Translations under genes and position numbers: made by a program
Shown here: piece after piece, positions 13,491-20,000 of the stretch
How the letters are laid out: the number at the start of each line of letters is the position of its first letter
Position numbering within the stretch: the stretch's first letter is position 1
Source of the DNA: an uncultured virus (IMG/VR IMGVR_UViG_3300043429_001189)
Taxonomy: Duplodnaviria > Heunggongvirae > Uroviricota > Caudoviricetes
IMG/VR virus record: IMGVR_UViG_3300043429_001189
Location: 116,024-136,023 of that record
DNA length: 20,000 nt
Direction: 5' to 3' (one strand)
Notes under the pieces: generated by a model
Database searches by the model: none
What the model was told of the DNA's origin: nothing
The model's input: only the letters and a program-made list of their open reading frames with translations

Positions 13491-15323
13491 TTATTTTTTA
13501 AATGCCATATATTCCTCAAATTTCATAAATCTTTTTGGAACATTTTTATTTTCCTTTTTAATATCATCTTCATCATCTTTCTTTTCTTCCTCAGGCGCTT
13601 TTTCGTCATCTTTCTTTTCCTCCTCAGGTTTCTTTTCCTCAGGCGCTTTTTCGTCATCTTTCTTTTCCTCCTCGGGTTTCTTTTTATCTTCTTTATCTTC
13701 CTCGGGTTTTTTAACATCTGAAGTTTTTTCCTCAGGCTCTTTTTCTTCGCCACCTAAATCTTTCAATTCTTGTATTGCATTTGTGATAGCTTCAGTGTCT
13801 TTTTCAGGCTCCAATTTAGGAAATTCTTTAAATGCTTTTGCTTCGTCGGGCATTTCTTCATCCTCGCTTTCTATTCCTTTGTTAACCAATTCAACCATAC
13901 GGTTGCGCAAATTAATTTGGTTTATCTTTGCTTGTTTAATTTTTTGTAAATCAGTGATTCCTTCGGTTGCAATTTTCTTTTTATCTTCGCCATCATAAGA
14001 ATTAATACTTTTAAGTATAACACTTTTGATAGTACCTAAAGGGTCTTTTGATTCAGTTTCTTCGATAATTAAATTAATTGCCTCACTTAATTTAAAATTA
14101 ATCATTCTGAATGAAGCAAAAGAAATTGATTCACTCATATTTTTTAATTCTTCTTTATAACCGTCAACCGTTTGTTTTGCTTTTTCTAAAGCATCACTAA
14201 TTAATTTAGCTTTTTCTTCGTCGCCTGCTTCTTCAGCAGATTTTAACTCTTCTTCAGCTTTTTTAATTTTTTCTTCAGCTGACTCAATTCTATCTTTAAG
14301 TTCTTTGGTTTTTGAATCTTCAGTTTTTTCATCAGAAGATTTGTCAGATGTTTTATTTTGCTTGTCTTGAATAGCTTTTTCTATATCGACCCACTTTTTG
14401 TAAACTTCATTTGCTTTATTTGTGTACTCTGTGTATGCATCTTGCCATTGAGTAATTCCATACTTATTTAGAGATTCAATTTGTTTATTTGCTTTTTCAA
14501 ATTGTTCATCAACATTTTCATCAACATTTTCATCATCTTTAACATCAGACAGCTTATTTTTTAATTCTTCAGATGTTTTTTTATCTCCCGTATCAGTTGC
14601 TATTTGAATTGCTTCTTCAAGAACCTCAATGTCAGCATTTCTTTTTGCTTCAGCAAATTCAAGATCCCATTTTTTCTTAAATGAACTTCCCAATATGTTG
14701 GATTGAAGTTCAATAAATTTTTCTTGTTTTTTTTCTATTTTTTCTTTTTCGGTTGTGTAATTATTTTCTGCCTTTTTCCACGCAACCTCTTTCATGTTTT
14801 CAGCTTTTTCCAATTCCTTTTTAGCATTTTCGGTATTACCTTTTGCCGCTGCTAATTTTTGATCTCGCTGTTTTCTTAACTGCTCTTGTTTTGCTGAGTT
14901 CCCTTCAGCTCGTTTAATCATTTCACGGTACTCGTCTTCAATTTGTGTTACAGCTGATTTATCTTCATCATCAGACGATGATTTGGTTTTTGCTTTAAGC
15001 GGCTCAATAACTTCAGTTTTATATTTATGATCAAATACATATTTTGATCTATCAGCGCTGGAATTTTTATAAGCTTCAATATATGGTTTTAATGAACTTT
15101 TTAATGACGTATAAATTGTTCTATTATACACAGACTTTGCAGCCAATAAAGCAATGGATAACGTTCCTGCTGCTACTACATTTGCAACCGATTCCAATTC
15201 ATTTCCTCCACCCCACGAAAATGGACCAATATCTAATCGAGTTGCCTCATCACCTGAAAATTCATAAAGATGTTCATTGCTTTCAACAACAGTCTTTCTT
15301 TCAAGATAATCTTTAAACTTCAT
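13491..15323 (-). CDS. 610-aa Glu/Lys-rich coiled-coil protein, probable internal head/ejection protein
   Basis: Starts MKFKDYLE and has one hydrophobic helix (VANVVAAGTLSIALLAA), long coiled coils and a C-terminal FMKFEEYM motif. It lies directly downstream of the capsid gene. Confidence 0.7.
   Translation of the reverse strand: MKFKDYLERKTVVESNEHLYEFSGDEATRLDIGPFSWGGGNELESVANVVAAGTLSIALLAAKSVYNRTIYTSLKSSLKPYIEAYKNSSADRSKYVFDHKYKTEVIEPLKAKTKSSSDDEDKSAVTQIEDEYREMIKRAEGNSAKQEQLRKQRDQKLAAAKGNTENAKKELEKAENMKEVAWKKAENNYTTEKEKIEKKQEKFIELQSNILGSSFKKKWDLEFAEAKRNADIEVLEEAIQIATDTGDKKTSEELKNKLSDVKDDENVDENVDEQFEKANKQIESLNKYGITQWQDAYTEYTNKANEVYKKWVDIEKAIQDKQNKTSDKSSDEKTEDSKTKELKDRIESAEEKIKKAEEELKSAEEAGDEEKAKLISDALEKAKQTVDGYKEELKNMSESISFASFRMINFKLSEAINLIIEETESKDPLGTIKSVILKSINSYDGEDKKKIATEGITDLQKIKQAKINQINLRNRMVELVNKGIESEDEEMPDEAKAFKEFPKLEPEKDTEAITNAIQELKDLGGEEKEPEEKTSDVKKPEEDKEDKKKPEEEKKDDEKAPEEKKPEEEKKDDEKAPEEEKKDDEDDIKKENKNVPKRFMKFEEYMAFKK
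13574..13683 (-). repeat. 48-bp coding tandem repeat (KKPEEEKKDDEKAPEE, about 2.3 copies)
   Basis: Plus-strand tcctcaggcgctttttcgtcatctttcttttcctcctc occurs at 13588 and 13636. Confidence 0.85.
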
Positions 15324-15348
15324 AAACTAAAAAGATTTTTTGTTTATC

Positions 15349-15356
15349 TATATATC
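15349..15356 (-). promoter_or_regulatory. Putative late promoter GATATATA
   Basis: 26 nt upstream of the ATG at 15323, downstream of the capsid terminator. Confidence 0.55.
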
Positions 15357-15453
15357 TTTATAGTTAATGAGAATAATGTTCTTAGAATCTTTTTTTCTTT
15401 AGGACCAATATGCATATTTGTTTTATACACATTTTAAAAAAAGTTTTATAAGT

Positions 15454-15484
15454 AAAAAAAGAGGGTGGCCATTGGCCACCCTCT
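15454..15484 (-). terminator. Strong intrinsic terminator after the major capsid gene
   Basis: AGAGGGTGGCC-AAT-GGCCACCCTCT followed by a T run. Confidence 0.9.
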
Positions 15485-15505
15485 AAGCGTATCTTCTTAT
15501 AATGC

Positions 15506-17377
15506 TTAAGCAATAGTTGAAGAAGTAGATACTTGATCCCAGAAAGTACCGTTAAGATCTTTCAAGTTAATCAAGAATGTGAAGTATTGCGTTTGTGGGT
15601 GGAAACCAGCCTCAACAAGTGCATAACGAGATTTAACAGCAATTTTTGGTGCCATTGTACCTTCTGCAATTGTTTGGATAGATTCAGCCATCAAGTATGG
15701 CATGAACTTAAGACCTGGCTCTTCATCAGCGCCTTTTCTACCAACAAGAATACGAGTATCTTCGTACTTCATATTTGGATCAACATAAATCGTCATACCA
15801 GCGATCGTTCCCAATGGGTAAAGAGCGCCGTTATTTTGATTTACTGTGTTAGCCAATGGGTAGAAAGTAAACTGTGCAGAATCCTGAAGTGCTGTTGCAA
15901 TTTGCAAGTTAGTCACTACAAAGTTACCTGGTCCACGACGGCCGCGTTGTGCAACAACGTTTGCCGCAGCAAGAACTTTGGATTGGATTCTTCTTTGGAA
16001 AGTACCTTGGTTTTCAAAAGTAGTTGCAGAAGAAGTTCCGTATACTTGAACATCTGGGCAAGGAATTGAAACCAATGAGTTTTCTTTACCAATGAAACGA
16101 GCATTACCAGTTGATGTTTGGTCAACAAGGGTAAGGTTAAGGTTAACACCGTCTACATTGTAGAAATCATAGTGGTTCTGCCAGCCAAGTGCAAATGCGC
16201 GAGACAAGATGTGTTTGTTGATTGACTGAGAAATCTCATTAACCAACGCATTTTCCATCATAGAAACAACATCGATACCGTACTGACGGTTAAGATCTTG
16301 AATTTGCTCAGTTGTTACAGTTGCAGCAACTTGGTAAGTTTCAGCTTCAACAAATTTGGTGAAAGCTTGCAAGCCCATTGTTCTGTACTGAGTAGTTTCA
16401 CCAACACCACGGCGCATTGGCTCGTAAGGAGTCAAACCGTTGGTTGCATCACCTGCAAAAGCATCGTTATCAAGAGGACCTGATCCAGCAAATCCTGCAA
16501 TGTGATCTTCAAGAGCGCGAACCAATTCAGCAGAACCAGTGATATCTCCAGCAGCACCTACAATTGTCATTCCAGTTGTTGTGTAAGTGGAAGGATTAGT
16601 AAGAGCATTTCCAGAGTATGAAGTTGCAGAATACAATGTTGCAGCACCGTCCAATACATCAGCAAGAGTAATACCTTGTGTATTTGCAGGAAGAGCATTG
16701 AATGTTTGAGCGCCTGTGCTTGTTACAGCAGTTGATTCGCCAAGAATACGGAAGATTTGCCCGCCGTCGATTCTTGATTTACCTACATAAGCAACAAGAA
16801 GTCCGTCGATGCCAGCACCTGCAGCAGCAGCGGTAAATACATAACCGTCACCAGCATTCGCAGTTGCAAGATCAGCAAGTGCAGTTGCGCCCAAGCCAGA
16901 ACGAGAAATCTTGAATACCAAGAATTTATCAGTAAATCCTGTGTTGCCAGTCAAACCGTTTTGACCTTTGATACCAGGAGCATTTACATCACGTCCGCCA
17001 GCATATACATAATCAAGATATGTAAGAACACCCGCAGGGCCATTCATAGGAATTACAGGAACGATATCGAAGCCAACTGTTCTAGCAGCAACCTGAATTG
17101 CCAACGGAAGTAAAGATGGGAATTTATCGCCAGATCCCAATGCATTTGCGCTGTAGAAGGCACCCGCACCGCCAGCAACTGTAGAAGCTGGAGCAACGTT
17201 ACCCATACCTGGTGTATTTAAAAGTGATGCTTGTGGGTAAGCAAAACCTTCATTGAGTGAATGGTAATGAGCATACTTACTCATCCATGTTAGTTTGTTT
17301 GATTCTTTAATACCCGTCTTTTCCTCAAGAATAGGGGCCCAAGTCTCAAACACTTGTGATTCATTTAACAAGTTCAT
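15506..17377 (-). CDS. gp23: Major capsid protein, T4 gp23-like
   Basis: W.PILE N-terminus, VPVIPMNGPAG, TTEQIQDL..QYGID...LVNEISQSINK, RRGPGNFVV, and FMPY...TMAPKIAVKSRYAL. It follows the prohead protease and precedes a strong terminator. Confidence 0.92.
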   Translation of the reverse strand: MNLLNESQVFETWAPILEEKTGIKESNKLTWMSKYAHYHSLNEGFAYPQASLLNTPGMGNVAPASTVAGGAGAFYSANALGSGDKFPSLLPLAIQVAARTVGFDIVPVIPMNGPAGVLTYLDYVYAGGRDVNAPGIKGQNGLTGNTGFTDKFLVFKISRSGLGATALADLATANAGDGYVFTAAAAGAGIDGLLVAYVGKSRIDGGQIFRILGESTAVTSTGAQTFNALPANTQGITLADVLDGAATLYSATSYSGNALTNPSTYTTTGMTIVGAAGDITGSAELVRALEDHIAGFAGSGPLDNDAFAGDATNGLTPYEPMRRGVGETTQYRTMGLQAFTKFVEAETYQVAATVTTEQIQDLNRQYGIDVVSMMENALVNEISQSINKHILSRAFALGWQNHYDFYNVDGVNLNLTLVDQTSTGNARFIGKENSLVSIPCPDVQVYGTSSATTFENQGTFQRRIQSKVLAAANVVAQRGRRGPGNFVVTNLQIATALQDSAQFTFYPLANTVNQNNGALYPLGTIAGMTIYVDPNMKYEDTRILVGRKGADEEPGLKFMPYLMAESIQTIAEGTMAPKIAVKSRYALVEAGFHPQTQYFTFLINLKDLNGTFWDQVSTSSTIA

Positions 17378-17398
17378 GTTTTTAGAGATTTGTTTTTT

Positions 17399-18622
17399 TT
17401 AACGTTTTACGAATCTGTTCAATCCGTTTGCTACATTCTTAACATAATCATTTGAGTAGCCAAGAGGATTAATGTCATTCTTAGCAGTCTCAATTCTTTT
17501 TGATTCATTAAGACTTTCAACAATGGCTTGATCAGTTTTGCCAAGTCCTCTTGTCTGCCAGAAGTTATTGATTTGGTATTGAGTTTCCAATCTGTAAAGG
17601 TTGGCTTGACGTGTGATGCGGTCTTTAACTTCCGTTGATGCTGCTTCCCAAACAGGAAGGTATTCAACAGGCATGTTAGTCAACCACTTTTCGTTAGTTT
17701 CAACATTTGCAAGTGCAGATTCCCAAACTTTAACAATTCTTTCTTCGCTGAAAGAAGGATTAGCGTTGAGAGCGTTGGTGACCCTTTGCTTTTCGGTCTC
17801 GTTCAAAGAAAAGAATTCATTTCTTTTGTTCTCTCCTAAGAATTTTACGAATGGATAACGAGCATCATTAGATTTTTCATCTACCTTTTGTTTTTTGATA
17901 GAATCCAATACTGCTTCAATTTTATTATCAAGACTAGCGTATCTGTTTACAATATTTTCTTTGATTGAAGAAGATACCATGTCTCTTTCTTTGTTTTCTG
18001 ATACATCAAATGATTTTCCATCAGCTGAAGGCATCATATTTTCAAACATATGTTCTGCATATTCAGTAAGATTTTTAAAGTCTTGTTTGGATGCAACATT
18101 TTCAGTTATATATTCTGTGTAACGAATTGCATTATCGGTATGTTCAGCAATATATTCTGCATATGAAAGAGTTTGATTCATTTTCTCTGCAAGATAATTG
18201 CCATACTTGATGCTCTCTTCCAATTTTTCAGCTACATATTCATTATAGTTGATAGAGCTATTTAATTTTTCTGCAAGATAATTGCTATATTCAAATCCTT
18301 TGTCCATTTTTTCAGCAATCATTTCTGAGTACTGAATACCACGATCAGATTTTTCTGCAACATATTCAGAATATTTAATATTTTGGTCCAGTTTTTCACC
18401 AAGATATTCTGAATAAGCTAATGCCTGATTTTGTGTTTCAGACAAATAGTTTGCGTATTTACGGAGATTATGAATTTCTTCTTGAAGCTTGTCAATTTTT
18501 TCATCTTTTTCCGTAATGGTGGAAATAGAGTTTAATCTTTCGTTAATCTTAGCAATTTCGTCTTTAATAATCAACGAATATTTGTTCATTTCCTCAATGG
18601 ATACAAATTCATTTTGTGACAT
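17399..18622 (-). CDS. Putative nested in-frame scaffold protein (407 aa) from an internal start
   Basis: The in-frame ATG (MSQNEF) has an A-rich leader and a GATATATA motif 27 nt upstream, matching the spacing at stand-alone genes. Confidence 0.55.
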   Translation of the reverse strand: MSQNEFVSIEEMNKYSLIIKDEIAKINERLNSISTITEKDEKIDKLQEEIHNLRKYANYLSETQNQALAYSEYLGEKLDQNIKYSEYVAEKSDRGIQYSEMIAEKMDKGFEYSNYLAEKLNSSINYNEYVAEKLEESIKYGNYLAEKMNQTLSYAEYIAEHTDNAIRYTEYITENVASKQDFKNLTEYAEHMFENMMPSADGKSFDVSENKERDMVSSSIKENIVNRYASLDNKIEAVLDSIKKQKVDEKSNDARYPFVKFLGENKRNEFFSLNETEKQRVTNALNANPSFSEERIVKVWESALANVETNEKWLTNMPVEYLPVWEAASTEVKDRITRQANLYRLETQYQINNFWQTRGLGKTDQAIVESLNESKRIETAKNDINPLGYSNDYVKNVANGLNRFVKR

Positions 18623-19243
18623 ATTTTCTTTTATTTTTTCCTTTTGAGTATATATCTCATTAGAATCCATGCTTTCAAAAAAAGCTGGGAACTCATTGGT
18701 TACATCATAAATTGCAACTTGATCATTATTGTCAAAACCAAGGCTTTCATTAATTTTACTTAAGCGTGCATTTTCAAATCCAGGATCAGCAACAAGATCA
18801 TACGTAAAAATTCTTTTGATCTGAACTTTTTTGTTTTCACCAACCACACCTGCTGCTCTTGACGAAATGCTAATAGGAACACCCGTGTCAACTAAATTTT
18901 TAGCAATTTGTCCACTTGGTGTATCAAGAAGCTTAATTCTTCCTACAATTTGTCTTTTCTTTGCATCATATTTAATATCTTCAATCAAGTGACTTACTTT
19001 TGATAAAGAAATATCAAATTTATCTGGGTGATCCAATTCTCCCAAAAGACGATTTTCAGAAATCTTCTTTTTTAAATAATCCAGGTGAGGAAGATATTCT
19101 TTTTCTTCATATATACGATTATTATTATTCTCTACTCCAAATTGTGCAAAAACACCTTCAAGAACATAATCGTCATTTTTTTTACTTACTGAAAGATTTT
19201 CACCAGATCTTTCAAGTATCATTAAGTATTGCTTGTTACTCAT
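17399..19243 (-). CDS. gp21: Prohead protease (T4 gp21-like) fused to a scaffold/core domain
   Basis: LEGVF....NNNNRIY, LGELDHP, VSH, LDTPSGQIAK, ISSRAAG and YDLVADPGFENA, followed by about 400 aa of coiled-coil scaffold. ATG 19243 is preferred over TTG 19270. Confidence 0.9.
   Translation of the reverse strand: MSNKQYLMILERSGENLSVSKKNDDYVLEGVFAQFGVENNNNRIYEEKEYLPHLDYLKKKISENRLLGELDHPDKFDISLSKVSHLIEDIKYDAKKRQIVGRIKLLDTPSGQIAKNLVDTGVPISISSRAAGVVGENKKVQIKRIFTYDLVADPGFENARLSKINESLGFDNNDQVAIYDVTNEFPAFFESMDSNEIYTQKEKIKENMSQNEFVSIEEMNKYSLIIKDEIAKINERLNSISTITEKDEKIDKLQEEIHNLRKYANYLSETQNQALAYSEYLGEKLDQNIKYSEYVAEKSDRGIQYSEMIAEKMDKGFEYSNYLAEKLNSSINYNEYVAEKLEESIKYGNYLAEKMNQTLSYAEYIAEHTDNAIRYTEYITENVASKQDFKNLTEYAEHMFENMMPSADGKSFDVSENKERDMVSSSIKENIVNRYASLDNKIEAVLDSIKKQKVDEKSNDARYPFVKFLGENKRNEFFSLNETEKQRVTNALNANPSFSEERIVKVWESALANVETNEKWLTNMPVEYLPVWEAASTEVKDRITRQANLYRLETQYQINNFWQTRGLGKTDQAIVESLNESKRIETAKNDINPLGYSNDYVKNVANGLNRFVKR
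18080..18457 (-). repeat. Nine 14-aa (42-bp) scaffold repeats, consensus YxEY(L/I/V)AEK
   Basis: YANYLSETQNQALA / YSEYLGEKLDQNIK / YSEYVAEKSDRGIQ / YSEMIAEKMDKGFE / YSNYLAEKLNSSIN / YNEYVAEKLEESIK / YGNYLAEKMNQTLS / YAEYIAEHTDNAIR / YTEYITENVAS. Confidence 0.85.
18649..18656 (-). promoter_or_regulatory. Putative intragenic late promoter GATATATA
   Basis: Inside the protease-scaffold linker, 27 nt upstream of the in-frame ATG at 18622. Confidence 0.5.
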
Positions 19244-19318
19244 TTCTTTTTTATATTTTTGTCTTAACAAATGACGTAATTTTAAAAATTAAACAAATTG
19301 CTGAATGTTTAATTTATG

Positions 19319-19326
19319 TATATATC
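19319..19326 (-). promoter_or_regulatory. Putative late promoter GATATATA for the protease-capsid operon
   Basis: Intergenic, upstream of the gp21-like gene. Confidence 0.5.
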
Positions 19327-19354
19327 ATACACATTTTCATAAAAAAATAATTCT

Positions 19355-19999
19355 TTATTTTCTTAATATTACACGTATAACTACTGGGTTTCTATCCCCG
19401 AAAGGTGATAAATTGTTGGATTGTATTACATATTCTGGAACAAAACCTATTTCTTTAACTCTTCTTAAAAAATCTTCCAAAATATTAAATCTACGGTAAT
19501 GTCCGTCAAATATCCACTCATTTTTACTTATCATTTGTCCTTGTCCACAAAGTTCATCATAATTTGATCTTGTCTCAACAAAAAATAACCCTCCATCCTC
19601 AATTAAATCGTATATGGATTTAATTGTCCTATATTCACTTACATCATCCACACTATGTAAAGAAAATCTTGAATATGCAACATCAAATGTTTCTTTTATT
19701 TCAAGACGAGTAAAATCCGCAACAAAGTAATTAACCCGAGTATTTTTTTCTTTTAATTTATTAATTGAAACTTCTGAAAGATCACACGCGTAAACTTCAT
19801 TTTTTAAAGCTAAATGTTCAGCGTCTCTGCCATTACCGCATCCAATTTCAAGAATTTTGTATTTCTTGTCCTTATTTTCAGAATTTAATATTTGTTGTGT
19901 AAAAAGAGCAAAGTTTGATGGATTGGATATTTCAGGAGCGTTTTGCTTTTTTTCATAATATTCATTCCAATATTTATTATCTTTAATATGTGCTATCAT
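19355..19999 (-). CDS. Class I SAM-dependent methyltransferase (start may lie beyond the window edge)
   Basis: ILEIGCGNGRD motif I, ACDLS, VADF and FDVAYSRFSLHSV. Confidence 0.85.
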   Translation of the reverse strand: MIAHIKDNKYWNEYYEKKQNAPEISNPSNFALFTQQILNSENKDKKYKILEIGCGNGRDAEHLALKNEVYACDLSEVSINKLKEKNTRVNYFVADFTRLEIKETFDVAYSRFSLHSVDDVSEYRTIKSIYDLIEDGGLFFVETRSNYDELCGQGQMISKNEWIFDGHYRRFNILEDFLRRVKEIGFVPEYVIQSNNLSPFGDRNPVVIRVILRK

Positions 20000-20000
20000 T

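Noticed and set aside
15506..19243. Intein or intron explaining the long capsid and protease genes
   Set aside because: No intein splice motifs, homing endonuclease motifs or frame breaks were seen. The extra length is explained by an insertion domain and a fused scaffold.
4419..19499. Plus-strand and alternate-frame ORFs (4419, 5514, 8284, 9056, 9263, 9631, 11366, 12616, 13278, 13523, 13783, 15044, 15533, 15916, 16298, 17431, 17613, 17895, 19000, 19305)
   Set aside because: They are shadow ORFs overlapping well-supported minus-strand genes, with no recognisable motifs.
1..20000. Stop-codon reassignment (alternative genetic code)
   Set aside because: Long genes are intact under the standard code, TAG and TGA end genes at plausible boundaries (904 and 410), and no suppressor tRNA is present here.

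Overview
This AT-rich 20 kb window comes from a large T4-like (gp21/gp23-type) tailed phage. All convincing genes lie on the minus strand. A Bacteroidota-type host is inferred from A-rich, SD-less starts and an Hc1 gene. In transcription order (right to left) it encodes: a SAM methyltransferase, a prohead protease fused to a 14-aa-repeat scaffold, the major capsid protein, a 610-aa acidic coiled-coil protein, a SET-domain protein, a LamG protein, Hc1, an Acb2/Tad1-like protein, eight proteins sharing an MKxxxxFxxF(L/I)NE capsid-targeting-like leader (five are 24-aa-repeat DUF285/BspA-like paralogues), thioredoxin, a tRNA/ncRNA cluster and split HldE/RfaE sugar-nucleotide genes. The top finding is an apparent ribosome-sensing transcription attenuator inside the tRNA cluster. 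A 39-codon leader ORF rich in Lys/Gln/Thr/Pro/Trp codons overlaps an antiterminator that competes with an intrinsic terminator. Directly downstream lie tRNA-Pro, -Thr, -Lys, -Gln and -Trp plus an unannotated ArfA-like basic peptide. Other highlights are a nested scaffold gene with its own promoter-like motif, a tRNA-like RNA lacking an anticodon loop, and a candidate structured ncRNA. All family calls are by eye; no searches or folding were run.
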